Assembly (NCBI GenBank): GCA_046735635.1 | Contig: JBKPTT010000149.1 | Coordinates: forward strand, 1 to 58,845 | DNA length: 58,845 nt | Origin: Acidobacteriota bacterium | Lineage (GTDB): Bacteria > Acidobacteriota > Vicinamibacteria > Vicinamibacterales > 2-12-FULL-66-21 | Direction of reading: 5' to 3' | Shown here: one piece after another, positions 9,076 to 19,433 of the stretch | Layout: the number at the start of each line of letters is the position of its first letter | Position numbering within the stretch: the stretch's first letter is position 1 | Made by a program: the position numbers and the translations under genes | The notes under the pieces: generated by a model | What the model was told of the DNA's origin: nothing | Database searches by the model: none | The model's input: the letters and a program-made list of their open reading frames with translations, nothing else

Positions 9076-9317
9076 GGATTTACTCCTGGACAGTTAATCC
9101 ACAGCAATAGGCGTACCCCTCGAAATTCGCGGAAATGCTCGAAAACCACCGCAGAATAGCCCGAAATCTGCTGCGGCACCGTCTCGCGGTTCCCCGGGGT
9201 GACAGTGGCTGTCCTCGGCTCAGGACCGAAACGATCTCCGTCAACACGCCCTTCTTATAAACTAAATCTCGGCCGCGGGGGCATCGCAGTTGCAGTACGC
9301 GGCTTGGGAGTCCCACC

Positions 9318-9929
9318 ATGCGACGACTCGTCCTGCTCATCATTCCGCTTGTCACGTTGATTCCGACCTCTGCCCATGCGATGACGCTGCGTGACGTCAT
9401 CGAGCTCACGCGTGCGGGGCTCGGCGAGGAGATCATCCTGACGCTGATCGAGGTCGACCCGTCGGTATTTCCGATAGATACCGCGACGCTGAAAACGCTG
9501 AAGGACGCCGGAGTCAGCCAGCGCGTCATCGTCGCCATGGTGCGCAGCGGCCGTACGCAGGCTCCGTCGGACCCGGCGCCGCCGATGGTGGTGGAAGAAA
9601 CTCGTGCGCCGGAACCGCAAGTTGTCGTGATCGATCACCGTGACGCGGTGCAGGTGCAGCAGGTGCCAGTCGCGGTGCCGGTCTACGTGCCCGTGCCGGT
9701 AACGAATCGGCGCGTACACGTCAGCGAGCACGTGGGGAACGAGCGCTTGGCGAACGTGCCTGATCCGTACGATGCGGCGCGCCGGGCGTCGGTGCGTCAG
9801 GATTTGCCGCTGGACGATCCCCGCGTCAGCGGCGGTCACGCGCGCGAATCGCAGCCGGTGTACTGGGGCAACGGAGGCAAGCTGCGTCCCGACGCCTGGC
9901 AGCCCACCCCTGTCAGAAACGACCGCTGA
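9318..9929 (+). CDS. secreted hypothetical protein
   Basis: 203 aa. Signal peptide MRRLVLLIIPLVTLIPTSAHA. No recognisable catalytic motif. Confidence 0.55.
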   Translation: MRRLVLLIIPLVTLIPTSAHAMTLRDVIELTRAGLGEEIILTLIEVDPSVFPIDTATLKTLKDAGVSQRVIVAMVRSGRTQAPSDPAPPMVVEETRAPEPQVVVIDHRDAVQVQQVPVAVPVYVPVPVTNRRVHVSEHVGNERLANVPDPYDAARRASVRQDLPLDDPRVSGGHARESQPVYWGNGGKLRPDAWQPTPVRNDR

Positions 9930-9936
9930 CCGTCGA

Positions 9937-11061
9937 TCACGCCGCGTCGGCGTCGTCGGTCCGGTCGGTCACGGTATCACGGATCTCTTTTGCGATCTTC
10001 ACAGCCGCAGGCGCGAGAACGGCGGCACCGATAATCAAATCGCTCGCCCGTACGCCCGTCTGCGGTTTTGGCTCGACGCGATCGAGATCGCAGTTCATGT
10101 CGTCGGGAATCGGTGATTTCGGCAGTTCGCCCCTTGCCTTCCGCTCCTCGTACTCGCGTGCGGCGACAATGCCGATTTTCTTCTTCTCGCCGGGGACTTT
10201 TTCGCCGACGGCCTTTCCGTAGGGCGAGGCATGCTCGATTTCGGCGTTGAATTCCGCGCCGAAGAGGATGGCAATACCGGTCAGGTAAAACCACATCAGC
10301 AGCACGATCACGCCGCCGATCGTTCCGTAGGTCTCGTTGTAGTTGCCGAAGTACGTGATGTAAAGCTTCAGGCCCAGCGATACGAGTACCCAGCTCACCG
10401 TCGCCACGATGGATCCCGGAGTAATCCACACCCACTCCTGCTCGGCGTCGGGCGCGAAGTAGTACATGATTCCGATACCGGTCGCGACGACCGCGAACAC
10501 CACCGGCCACTGCAGTACCAGCCACAGCATCTTGAAGGCGCCGCCGAGATGAAGCGTCCCGGCCAGATGATCGGCCAGTCCCGGCCCCACCAGAATCAAG
10601 CCAATCGACGTCAGGATGAACGCGGCAATTCCGAGCGTGAGCGACACCGCCGTGACACGCACTTTCCACCACGGACGCCCTTCGGTGATGTCGTACGCCG
10701 CATTCAACGTCGTGATGATCGAGACCATCGCGCCGGAGCTGCTCCACAGCGTCAGGAGAAAGGCGAACGTCAGGATGCCGCCGTGATTGCTCTGGGAGAT
10801 CTTCGTGATCTGCTCCTGCACGATTTTGAGCACGTCTGGCGGGGCAAACCGTGCGAGCAGGCCGGTGACCTCGGTGGTGGCGTCGCCAATCGGAAAGAAG
10901 CTGGCGATGGAAATAAAAGTAAGGAGCGCAGGAAACAGAGCGAAGAAAAAGTAATAGGCCTGCTGGGCCGCGAGGTTCAAGACGTCGTCTGCAATCGCCT
11001 CATTGACTGCGCGTTTCGCGAGATCGGTCCAGCTCAACGGTACCTTGAGGTTCGCCAACAT
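9937..11061 (-). CDS. YihY/BrkB-family inner-membrane protein
   Basis: MLANLKVPLSWTDLAKRAVNEAIADDVLNLAAQQAYYFFFALFPALL plus six TM segments. ATG 11061 is preferred over the track start 11112. Confidence 0.75.
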   Translation of the reverse strand: MLANLKVPLSWTDLAKRAVNEAIADDVLNLAAQQAYYFFFALFPALLTFISIASFFPIGDATTEVTGLLARFAPPDVLKIVQEQITKISQSNHGGILTFAFLLTLWSSSGAMVSIITTLNAAYDITEGRPWWKVRVTAVSLTLGIAAFILTSIGLILVGPGLADHLAGTLHLGGAFKMLWLVLQWPVVFAVVATGIGIMYYFAPDAEQEWVWITPGSIVATVSWVLVSLGLKLYITYFGNYNETYGTIGGVIVLLMWFYLTGIAILFGAEFNAEIEHASPYGKAVGEKVPGEKKKIGIVAAREYEERKARGELPKSPIPDDMNCDLDRVEPKPQTGVRASDLIIGAAVLAPAAVKIAKEIRDTVTDRTDDADAA

Positions 11062-11153
11062 GCTCCCCAGCAAAGCAAGCGGATTGCCACGGCATCCGGA
11101 GCAGCACCGCATTGACGTCGGCCGAAGTTATGATCGTCGGATGAGCAGAGCTC

Positions 11154-12203
11154 ATGGCGCGTGAGTACGACGTCATCATCGTCGGTGCAGGGATTATCGG
11201 GTGTGCGATCGGCCGCGAACTGGCAGGAGTCGGCATCCGGACGTGCATACTCGAGGCGAGAGACGCAGGCGCTGGCGCCACTCGGGCGTCGGCTGGGATG
11301 CTCGTTCCCTACATCGAAGCGCCAGACGACGGAGGCTTGCACGACCTCGCCGTGAGGAGCTTCGAGCTCTACGACGACTTCATTTCCGAGTTGCGCGGGG
11401 AGGGAGCCGAAGTGGAGTACCGCCGGTGCGGCACGCTTCAGGTGGCCGAAAGCGAGGCTGCCGCCGCGGAGTTGTCCGCGCAGGCGTCGTGGATTCATTC
11501 GCAAGGGCTTGAAGCTCGGTGGCTCGAAGCGGACGAGGTAATGGCGGTCGAGCGCGCCGTCCACGCGCCGCACGGTGGGTTGCTGGTTCCCGCGCACGCG
11601 TACGTCCGCGCGGAGCAACTGACGTCGGTCCTTCTGGAGTCTGCCCGGCGACACGGCGCGGAGTTCTATCCCCACCAGCACGTTCAGCAGATCGCACACG
11701 ACGGAGAGCGACTCAGCGTGACCGCGGGGGAGGCCACCTACCGTGCCTCCACAATCGTGATTGCGGCGGGAAGCTGGTCAGGCCTCGTCGTTCACGAGGG
11801 ACCTGCCGTCAGGCCGGTGCGCGGTCAGCTCGTTCGGCTGCGATGGCGGGGCGCTCCGATCGGTCACGTGCTGTGGCGCGGCCACAGTTACATCGTGCCG
11901 TGGCTCGACGGAACGCTGCTCGTCGGCGCCACGATGGAAGAAGTCGGGTTCGACGAGCGCGCAACGGTGTCGGGTGTTGCGCTGCTGCTCGAGGCTGCGC
12001 GCGCCATCCTGCCAGACGCCGGCGCCGCCACGTTCATCGAGGCGCGAGCAGGGCTTCGGCCGTCGACGCCGAGCGGCTTGCCGATCATCGCGCGTGACCC
12101 TGAGCACCCGTCCGTCATTTACGCGACGGGTCATTACCGGAACGGCATTCTGCTGGCGCCTCTGACGGCGAAGCTCGTCGCCGAAATGGTGACGAGCGGC
12201 TGA
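11154..12203 (+). CDS. thiO: glycine oxidase / FAD-dependent DAO-family oxidoreductase
   Basis: 349 aa. YDVIIVGAGIIGCAIGRELA dinucleotide fold and C-terminal GHYRNGILLAP, typical of ThiO. Confidence 0.65.
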   Translation: MAREYDVIIVGAGIIGCAIGRELAGVGIRTCILEARDAGAGATRASAGMLVPYIEAPDDGGLHDLAVRSFELYDDFISELRGEGAEVEYRRCGTLQVAESEAAAAELSAQASWIHSQGLEARWLEADEVMAVERAVHAPHGGLLVPAHAYVRAEQLTSVLLESARRHGAEFYPHQHVQQIAHDGERLSVTAGEATYRASTIVIAAGSWSGLVVHEGPAVRPVRGQLVRLRWRGAPIGHVLWRGHSYIVPWLDGTLLVGATMEEVGFDERATVSGVALLLEAARAILPDAGAATFIEARAGLRPSTPSGLPIIARDPEHPSVIYATGHYRNGILLAPLTAKLVAEMVTSG

Positions 12204-12204
12204 C

Positions 12205-12228
12205 CGCGGTGCCGTTCGGAGCACCGCG
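12205..12228. terminator. hairpin between convergent thiO and the RND gene
   Basis: CGCGGTGC (12205-12212) pairs with GCACCGCG (12221-12228) around an 8-nt loop. No clear U-tract. Confidence 0.4.
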
Positions 12229-12260
12229 ACCGTGGTCGGAGGCCGTTCGTGCCGCGCCGG

Positions 12261-15200
12261 TCAGCGACTCGCGGCGGCAGCGGACGCCGCGACGCTCCCC
12301 GCCGTGCCGGCGCGCTGCACCGTCTCGAAGGCGACGGCCGCGAGCTGGTAGGCGAGGTTGGCCTGCAGCTCGTTGTTGCGCGCGACAGCCAGGTCGCGCT
12401 GCGCCTGGATCACGAGGAAGCTCGTCGACATGCCGACTTCGAACCGCTTCTGTTCCGCGTCGAGACGCTGCTCGGCGAGTTCCCGTCCGAGCTGCGCCGT
12501 CTCGATCCGTTGGCGGTTCTGCTCGAGTCTCAGCGCGGCGTCGCGCACTTCGCGGACGGCCCCGAGCTCCACATCACGCAGCCGCGTGTCGGCCTGCTCC
12601 CGTTCGAGCCGCGCTCGCGCGAGGTTCGCCTCCTCGACGCTCTTCCCGATCGGATACGACAAGGTGAAGCCGAGCGTCCACGTCGGAAAGTCCGACGAGA
12701 ACACCTGCCCGAGAACGTTTCCCCATGACGAACTGTCACTGCCGACGATCGTGCCGGGAAATCCGCCGCTGCGAATCAGGCGTGAACCGCCGAGCCCGTT
12801 CGTGAGATACGTGGCCTGCAGCCGCAGATCGGGTAGCGTTTGATTCTTCGACAGCATGACGTTCGTGTCGCCGATCTCGATCTGCTTGCGCGCTTCGGCG
12901 ATGTCGGGTCTGTCGGCGAGCGCGCGGCGGACGGCGGCGTCGACGTCGGGGGGCGCCCCCGGCGGCGGCACGGCGTCGGCAGGATCGAGATGCACCGTCC
13001 ACAGGTCGGCGCGACGCGGATCGAATATCATCGTCCGCAGCGCATCTTCTGCCTCCAGCGCGAGCGTGCGTGCGACGATCAGGTTCTCGCGGCGCTGCGC
13101 CACCTCGGCGCGTGCGGTGACGAGATCGAGCGGCGGCGACTGACCGACGTCGACCCGCGCGCGGTTCGTCCGCTCGAGCTCCATCGCGAGATCGAGCGAA
13201 CGCTGCTGCACGTCGACCGACGCGCGGGCCTGGACGAGCAGCCAATACGCGCTCTCGGCGTCGGCCTGCGTCCGGGCGATTGTTTCCTGCAGCCGCAGGT
13301 CTGAAATCTCGCGATTACGCTCGCTCACCTGCACCTGCGCCCTCGACGCGTCGACTTTGAAGTCGCGCAGCAGTGGCTGCGAGAACACCGCCTGCGCCGA
13401 CGACGTGATCGATGGCGTGAACGTCGTGAGCGGATTGGTCGTCGTGGTCCGCGCGGAATTGAAAGAAACGTCGTAGCTCGCTCCGCCCCATCGCAGCAGC
13501 TGTGACAGTCCTGCATTCCCCGCCCAGTACCGCGTATCCAGCGACGAGTCGCCGGAAAAGATATTGCTCGACGGCGTCGACTGGCTGTTACGCTGCAGCC
13601 CGCTCGAGAGCGTCGGGGCGAACACGCTGCGAGCCGCGGCAACCCGCTCGGCGCTGATAGCCGGATCGAGTTTTATCGTTGCGAGCGCGGAGTTGTTTTC
13701 CAGCGCGAGCCGCACCGCTTCGTCCCGGCTCAGGCGAATAGTCTCGGCCGGCGCCTGCACCGCCGCGGAAGGGGCTTGCGGCGGCGGGGCTGGAGTTTGC
13801 GGTGCGAGGACCTGCGCCGACGGTGCCTGCGCGGGCGCCGGCGTCTGGCTTTGCGCCTCCGCTCTGGAGGCGGGGAGGGCGAATGCTGCAAGCAGCACCG
13901 TCGCCGTCACCGCCGCGGGCCGCGCCGCGCGCCTCCAGCGGAACAAGCGAATCCGCGACGCATCGTCGAACAGCGAGTATGCAACGGGGGTAACGACGAG
14001 TGTGAGAAGCAGGACCAACGATTGACCTCCCATGATCACGAATCCAATTGCTCGATTGGTGGCCGCGCCGACGCCGCTCGACAGCACCAGCGGAATCATC
14101 CCCGCGACAAACGCGAACGTCGTCATCAGAATCGGCCGGAGCCGGTCGCGGCTCGCCTGAACGATCGCAGCCTCACGCTCCATGCCGCGCTCCCGCAGCT
14201 GGTTGGCGTGGTCGATCTGCAGGATCGAATTCTTTTTCACGACGCCGAACAGCACGAGCAGGCCGAGCGCCGAGAAGATATTGAGCGACTGCCGGGTGAT
14301 GATGATCGACAGTAGCGCGAACGGCAGCGTCAGCGGCAAGGACAGCAAAATCGTGATGGGGTGCAGCCACGATTCGAACTGCGCCGCCAGGATCAGATAC
14401 ATGAACACGAGCGAAAGCGCAAACGCGACCAGGAAGTTCTGTGCGGCGCGCCCGAGCTCGCGCGATCGGCCCGCGAACCGCGTGCTGTAGCCCGGGCCCA
14501 TCTCGAGCGAGTCGGCCGCGCGTGTGATGGCGTCCATCGCCGGCGTCTGCGAGTAGCCGGGCAACAATCCGGCGAACACGGTGACCTGACGTTGGCGGTT
14601 GAGGCGATTGATCTCCGTGGGCGCGCTTCCGTGTGCGAAGCGGGCGATGTTCTCGAGCGGGACGCTTCCGAGCTTTGCCGACGGCACCGTCAGCTGGCCA
14701 ATGCCTGCGACGGTCTGACGGTCCCCCTCTCCGGCGCGCACGTGCACCTCGTACTGCTCGCCGCCTTCGTTGAACGTCGTGACCTGATCGCCGCCGACGA
14801 GCAACCGCAGCGCTTCCGCCGCGTCGGAGACCTGGACCCCGAGATCCGCCGCCTTCAGCCGATCGAGATCCACCGTCAGCTCGGGCTTGCCGACGTTCAT
14901 CGACGTGTCAACGTCGACGACTCCGGGCTGCTTCCTTGCCGCGTCCGCGACGCCGTTTCCGTACCGCTCGAGCGCTTTCAGATCGGGACCGTTGATCGTG
15001 AATTGGATCTCGGCGCTCTGATTGCCGCCTCCGCCAATGGTTGCGACCTGACGCACGCCCGTCCTCAGCTCACGTCCGGCGACCTGCGGAAGCGCGTTCG
15101 CGCGGACCTCGTTCATGATGGTGAACTGATCTCGCTCGCGCTGGCCGAGCGGCTTCAGGCGCACATACACGGTGCCGGAATTCTGCGTCTGCGCGGGATC

Positions 15201-17024
15201 GTCGGCCACGGTGACCAGCGTGAACCCGACCTCCGGAACCTGCCGGATTCTGGCGGCGATTCGATTGGCGATTATCTCCGTCGCCTCGAGGCTCGTGCCC
15301 TCCGGCGCGCGCAGCCCGACTTCGAAATCCGACGTGTCGTCGTTCGGCAGGAAGTTCTTGTTCGCGACCATCCCGAGCGGAACGCTGCTGAGCAGCACCA
15401 GGCCGGCCGTGCCCGCAATGATCCAGCGATGCGAGAGCGACCACCGCAGGATTGCCGTGTAGGCGTGGTCGAGCGGCCGGAAGAACCGCGCTTGTTTGGA
15501 ATCGTGATCGTGGAGCTCGCGCCCTTCCGAATCCTCACGGCGCACCGGCATCTTGATCCAGCGCGCCGCGAGCATGGGCGTCAACGTGAAGCTGACAAGC
15601 AGCGACACCATGATCGCGAACGACATCGTGAAGCCGAAGCTGGTCATGAACCGGCCGACAATGCCGCCCATGAACCCGACCGGCACGAAGATCGCGATCA
15701 GCGACAGCGTTGTCGCGAGCACGGCAAGGCCGATCTCGCGCGTTGCCTCGATTGCCGCCTGGAACGGTGGACGGCCTTTCTCCTCGACGAAACGGTAGAT
15801 GTTCTCCAGCACCACGATCGCGTCGTCGATGACGATGCCGACCGACAGCGTCAGCGCGAGCATCGTCATCGAATTGAGCGTGAAGCCTTCGTACCAAATC
15901 AAGCCGAAGGTGGCGATGATCGACGTCGGAATCGCGATGGCGGCGATGATCGTGGAACGCCAGTTCCAGAGAAAGATGAGGACCACCGCAGCCGCGAGAA
16001 TGGACCCGACCACGAGATGCTCGTCGACACTGCGGATGGATGCGCGAATGAACTCCGACTGGTCGCGCACGATCCGAATCTCGTAGCCGGCGGGCACCAG
16101 AGAGGCAAGATCGGCGAGCCTCTCCTTGACGGCATCGACGACTTGAACCGTGTTGGTGCCGGACTGTCGACGAATCGTGAGCAGCACCGTCGGCTCGCCG
16201 TCGAGGTTCGCGACGGTCGTGGCGTCAGCCATCCCGTCTTCGACCGTGGCGACGTCGGCCAATTTGATCGGGTACGAATCGCGCTGGCGCACCACGATGT
16301 CGCCGAATTCGGGCACCGACTGCACGCGTCCGCGCGTACGAAGCGTCAGCGCTGCGGCGCCTTGCTCGACGCGACCGCCGGGAATCTCTGCGTTCTGCGT
16401 CTGCAGGGCTCGCGCGACGTCGTTGACGGTCAGGTTGTAAGCCCGCAGCCGCGCGGCGTCCAGCGCGACGTTCACCTGCCGAGCCCGGCCGCCAACGACG
16501 ACGACCTGACCCACGCCATTGACGCTTTCCAGCTGGCGTCGAAGCACCTTGTCGGCATATTCGGTGATGTCGCGAATCGGTTTCTTGGCCGACACGGCCA
16601 GCGTCAGGACGGGCGCCGCATCCGGATCGAACTTCTCAACGGTGGGCTGCTGAATCGTCTTCGGAAGCAGCGGGAGCACCCGGTTGACGCGATCGCGAAC
16701 CTCCTGCGCGGCAATGTCCGCGTCTTTCTCGAGCAGGAACGACACGACCACAAGCGAGACGCCTTCGGAGGAGGTCGACCGGAGCTCGTCGATGGCGCTG
16801 ATCGTGTTGACCGCCTCCTCGATCTTGTCGGTGATCTCCGTCTCGACTTCCTCAGGCGCGGCGCCAGGCAGGCGCGTCGTCACCACGACGGTCGGGAAGT
16901 CGACCTTTGGAAACCGATCGAGCCCGAGCCTGGTGAACGCAAAGGCGCCGACGACGGTCAGCGATAGGATGAGAACGCTCGCGAAAACAGGACGTTTGAC
17001 GGATATGGATGCAAGCCACTGCAT
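12261..17024 (-). CDS. RND efflux permease (AcrB-like) read in frame into a TolC-like outer-membrane factor (fusion ORF, 1587 aa)
   Basis: aa 1 to about 1030: [22 protein letters not shown]... with 12-TM AcrB architecture. aa about 1027-1057: Sec-signal-like [34 protein letters not shown] linker. aa about 1095-1587: OMF repeats ([19 protein letters not shown]..., [17 protein letters not shown]..., [19 protein letters not shown]). No stop codon anywhere between the two parts. Confidence 0.85.
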   Translation of the reverse strand: MQWLASISVKRPVFASVLILSLTVVGAFAFTRLGLDRFPKVDFPTVVVTTRLPGAAPEEVETEITDKIEEAVNTISAIDELRSTSSEGVSLVVVSFLLEKDADIAAQEVRDRVNRVLPLLPKTIQQPTVEKFDPDAAPVLTLAVSAKKPIRDITEYADKVLRRQLESVNGVGQVVVVGGRARQVNVALDAARLRAYNLTVNDVARALQTQNAEIPGGRVEQGAAALTLRTRGRVQSVPEFGDIVVRQRDSYPIKLADVATVEDGMADATTVANLDGEPTVLLTIRRQSGTNTVQVVDAVKERLADLASLVPAGYEIRIVRDQSEFIRASIRSVDEHLVVGSILAAAVVLIFLWNWRSTIIAAIAIPTSIIATFGLIWYEGFTLNSMTMLALTLSVGIVIDDAIVVLENIYRFVEEKGRPPFQAAIEATREIGLAVLATTLSLIAIFVPVGFMGGIVGRFMTSFGFTMSFAIMVSLLVSFTLTPMLAARWIKMPVRREDSEGRELHDHDSKQARFFRPLDHAYTAILRWSLSHRWIIAGTAGLVLLSSVPLGMVANKNFLPNDDTSDFEVGLRAPEGTSLEATEIIANRIAARIRQVPEVGFTLVTVADDPAQTQNSGTVYVRLKPLGQRERDQFTIMNEVRANALPQVAGRELRTGVRQVATIGGGGNQSAEIQFTINGPDLKALERYGNGVADAARKQPGVVDVDTSMNVGKPELTVDLDRLKAADLGVQVSDAAEALRLLVGGDQVTTFNEGGEQYEVHVRAGEGDRQTVAGIGQLTVPSAKLGSVPLENIARFAHGSAPTEINRLNRQRQVTVFAGLLPGYSQTPAMDAITRAADSLEMGPGYSTRFAGRSRELGRAAQNFLVAFALSLVFMYLILAAQFESWLHPITILLSLPLTLPFALLSIIITRQSLNIFSALGLLVLFGVVKKNSILQIDHANQLRERGMEREAAIVQASRDRLRPILMTTFAFVAGMIPLVLSSGVGAATNRAIGFVIMGGQSLVLLLTLVVTPVAYSLFDDASRIRLFRWRRAARPAAVTATVLLAAFALPASRAEAQSQTPAPAQAPSAQVLAPQTPAPPPQAPSAAVQAPAETIRLSRDEAVRLALENNSALATIKLDPAISAERVAAARSVFAPTLSSGLQRNSQSTPSSNIFSGDSSLDTRYWAGNAGLSQLLRWGGASYDVSFNSARTTTTNPLTTFTPSITSSAQAVFSQPLLRDFKVDASRAQVQVSERNREISDLRLQETIARTQADAESAYWLLVQARASVDVQQRSLDLAMELERTNRARVDVGQSPPLDLVTARAEVAQRRENLIVARTLALEAEDALRTMIFDPRRADLWTVHLDPADAVPPPGAPPDVDAAVRRALADRPDIAEARKQIEIGDTNVMLSKNQTLPDLRLQATYLTNGLGGSRLIRSGGFPGTIVGSDSSSWGNVLGQVFSSDFPTWTLGFTLSYPIGKSVEEANLARARLEREQADTRLRDVELGAVREVRDAALRLEQNRQRIETAQLGRELAEQRLDAEQKRFEVGMSTSFLVIQAQRDLAVARNNELQANLAYQLAAVAFETVQRAGTAGSVAASAAAASR

Positions 17025-17044
17025 GGTGAAATCTCTGAGAATCC

Positions 17045-17070
17045 GGCGGGCCTAAAGGCCCGCCCTACAA
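17045..17070 (-). repeat. REP-like GTAG hairpin, type A (minus strand: TTGTAGG-GCGGGCC-TTTA-GGCCCGC-C)
   Basis: Perfect 8-bp stem 17045-17052 / 17057-17064, loop TAAA, flanking CTACAA. Lies in the 80-nt spacer between the MFP and RND genes. Second copy at 831-856. Confidence 0.75.
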
Positions 17071-17104
17071 AGACCAAACTAAAAAGACAAAGAATCGGTC
17101 AGGT

Positions 17105-18301
17105 TCAGCGGACCTGGACGGCGGCACCATCGGTAAGCCGCCCTTTCGGCGCGGCAGCGACGACGTCACCGGCCGAAAGGCCGCTCGTGATCTCGACCTG
17201 CCGGCCTACGGTTTCTCCCGTGGTAACGATTCGCTCTTCCACCTTGTCGCCCTTGACGCGATACACGCGGCTGGTTCCCGAAACGGTCTCGACGGCCGTC
17301 GCGGGCACGAGCAGTGCCGGCGCGGAAGGCGGCTGCTGGATCGCAGCTGTCGCGAAGAGACCTGGCTTCAACCGGCCGTCCGGATTTGGCGCAATGGCTT
17401 CGACGGTCAACGCGCGCTGGTCGGCACGCAGCGCAGGCGAGATGAACCGCACTTTCGCCGCGAACGTCGCGCCCGGGTAGGCATCAACGGTGAGCCGCAC
17501 GGATTGTCCTTCTTTGATCAGCGAGATCGCCTGCTCGGGTACTGTCAACTCGATCCGCATCGGATCGACGCGGACGACCGTTGCGACGCGGGCGCCGCGT
17601 GTCACGAAGTCGCCGACGCTGACGACCCGTTCGGCCACGAGCCCGGAAAACGGCGCGCGGATTGACGTGTCGGCCTGGGCTTTGCGGGCGAGCGCGACGC
17701 GGGCCCGGGCCGCCTCGAGCGACCGGTACGACTGTTGTGCCCCGTTCTGCGCCATCTGGTATTGCTGGCGCGCCGCGTCGACCTGCGCGCGCCGCTGGTC
17801 GTACTCGCTTTGCGAGACGACCTTCTGGTCGAGCAACGCCTTGATGCGATTGAACTCCGCCTCTGCGAGATCGAGCGACGCCTTCGCGTTCATCACTTCC
17901 GGAACGCGCATCGGATCGAACGCCTGTCCGGACGCGAGCCCGAGACGTGCTTCGATTTGCGAGGCGTTTGCTTCCGCTTCTGCAAGCTGCGCGGATGTCT
18001 CCTCGGGCGCGATCCGTGCGAGCACCGTGCCCTGAGCCACGCGCATGCCGCGCTCGACCGGAGTCGCGACGACGCGGCCGGCGCTTTCGGCGCTGACCTC
18101 CGCCTGTTCGTCTGCGTTGAGCGAACCGGTTACGCGAAGGTATCGTTCGATCGGCCGCTCGTCGACTTTGGCAACTTCAACCGACAGCGGCTCGGGTCTG
18201 GCTTGCGCCTCGACGGTCGTGTTCCGGCCGCCGCACGCTGCGGGGCCGGCCGCAACCGCGGCAAGCAGAATTGCTGATAGCCACTGTGTCCGACGTTTCA
18301 T
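17105..18301 (-). CDS. efflux RND periplasmic adaptor (membrane-fusion protein, HlyD family), lipoprotein
   Basis: Start set at ATG 18301: MKRRTQWLSAILLAAVAAGPAACGG (lipobox). Coiled-coil hairpin and beta-barrel regions typical of MFPs. The 97-aa Arg-rich 5' extension in the track is rejected. Confidence 0.85.
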   Translation of the reverse strand: MKRRTQWLSAILLAAVAAGPAACGGRNTTVEAQARPEPLSVEVAKVDERPIERYLRVTGSLNADEQAEVSAESAGRVVATPVERGMRVAQGTVLARIAPEETSAQLAEAEANASQIEARLGLASGQAFDPMRVPEVMNAKASLDLAEAEFNRIKALLDQKVVSQSEYDQRRAQVDAARQQYQMAQNGAQQSYRSLEAARARVALARKAQADTSIRAPFSGLVAERVVSVGDFVTRGARVATVVRVDPMRIELTVPEQAISLIKEGQSVRLTVDAYPGATFAAKVRFISPALRADQRALTVEAIAPNPDGRLKPGLFATAAIQQPPSAPALLVPATAVETVSGTSRVYRVKGDKVEERIVTTGETVGRQVEITSGLSAGDVVAAAPKGRLTDGAAVQVR

Positions 18302-18318
18302 GATGACGTGCTCCGGCA

Positions 18319-18954
18319 TTAACTGCATTTCGATTGGTATGTCTGAGGTATCCCCGTGCGAAGCCCGGTCAACGCTGCCTCCAGCGTGTCGCGCGCGAGC
18401 GCATCGGCGTCGTCGTTGGGTGCGAGGCGGTCGCACAGCGTGAGCGTGGCCACTCCGTGAACCGTCGCCATCAGAATTCGAAACACGGTCGGTGGCGTCG
18501 TGCCGGCGGGGAAACGGCCGGCGTCGATCGCCTCCTGAATGCGCGCGTTGATCCGCTGCTTCATTTCGCCGACGAACCCGAAACGCTCCCACGCCTGGCT
18601 GATGCGCGGCACGGATCGATCGAGGAACATCAGCGCGAAGTATTCGGGGTGCTCGCGGCTGAATTCGTACAGGCGCAGGAACCCTGCCCGGATGTCGTCG
18701 ATTGGATCCGCAAGCTTCCGATCGCCCGCATGAGCGAACAGCATTCGAAAACCCTCTTCGGCGAGCGCCAGGAAGATGTCGTCTTTGCTCGGGAAGTAGC
18801 TGTAAATCGCGGCGGGGCTGTACTCGATCTTCTCCGCAATCTTACGGATCGAGACGTTTCGGTACCCCTCAGCCACGAACAGCTCGCGCGCGGCATCGAG
18901 AATGGCGCGGGAGACGGCCTCGCGCTCACGTTCCTGTCGTTCTTTGACTCCCAA
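18319..18954 (-). CDS. TetR/AcrR-family transcriptional regulator
   Basis: 211 aa. HTH AILDAARELFVAEGYRNVSIRKIAEKIEYSPAAIYSYFPSKDDIF. First gene of the tetR-MFP-RND/OMF operon. Confidence 0.88.
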   Translation of the reverse strand: MGVKERQEREREAVSRAILDAARELFVAEGYRNVSIRKIAEKIEYSPAAIYSYFPSKDDIFLALAEEGFRMLFAHAGDRKLADPIDDIRAGFLRLYEFSREHPEYFALMFLDRSVPRISQAWERFGFVGEMKQRINARIQEAIDAGRFPAGTTPPTVFRILMATVHGVATLTLCDRLAPNDDADALARDTLEAALTGLRTGIPQTYQSKCS

Positions 18955-19028
18955 GGGACCCTTTGTTCAGGAAAATCTGAGGTTTACCGGGCGGTACGCG
19001 GCGGCAACAGCTCAGCGATCGGTTGCGC

Positions 19029-19060
19029 TAAACAGTGTTCACTAGTCTAACAGCGTTAGA
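19029..19060. promoter_or_regulatory. candidate TetR operator (direct repeat of CTAAACAGTGTT / CTAACAGCGTT; second copy forms palindrome TCTAAC-AGC-GTTAGA)
   Basis: Inverted repeat at 19046-19060, in the divergent region upstream of tetR (start 18954) and the pterin dehydratase gene. Confidence 0.35.
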
Positions 19061-19090
19061 CGCACGGTCAGCGCGGACGGTTCCAGGCTT

Positions 19091-19402
19091 ATGCTGACTG
19101 GTATGGAGAAACGGATTGCGAACGATGATGCGCAACGCCGAGTCCGCGAACTGCCGGGCTGGGAGCTGCAGACCGACGCCATTACCCGGGAGTTCACCTT
19201 TGCGGGTTTTCCCGAGGCTGTCGCGTTTGTCGTGCGGCTCGCGTTTGCGGCCGAAGCGGTGGATCACCATCCGGATCTGCTGATCAACTACAAGCGCGTC
19301 AGGGTGACGTACAGCACCCACAGCGCGGGTGGGCTCACCGAAAAGGACTTCACGGGCGCCGCGGCGGCGACGCCGATTGCGGATTTGCTCGGCGGCAAAT
19401 GA
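19091..19402 (+). CDS. 4a-hydroxytetrahydrobiopterin (pterin-4-alpha-carbinolamine) dehydratase
   Basis: 103 aa. ...LPGWELQTDAITREFTFAGFPEAVAFVVRLAFAAEAVDHHPDLLINYKRVRVTYSTH matches the PCD family. Confidence 0.85.
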   Translation: MLTGMEKRIANDDAQRRVRELPGWELQTDAITREFTFAGFPEAVAFVVRLAFAAEAVDHHPDLLINYKRVRVTYSTHSAGGLTEKDFTGAAAATPIADLLGGK

Positions 19403-19433
19403 TGTCGGGCCATGCGGCGGGAGTCTTCGGCGA

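Noticed and set aside
14361-16967. 868-aa plus-strand ORF
   Set aside because: Lies entirely antisense to the RND pump, whose own frame shows clear AcrB motifs. The translation is Arg/Asp/His-rich low complexity, typical of shadow ORFs in high-GC DNA.
18302-18592. 97-aa N-terminal extension of the membrane-fusion protein
   Set aside because: The extension is Arg/His/Asp-rich and overlaps the tetR 3' end. A canonical lipoprotein signal (MKRRTQWLSAILLAAVAAGPAACGG) begins at ATG 18301.
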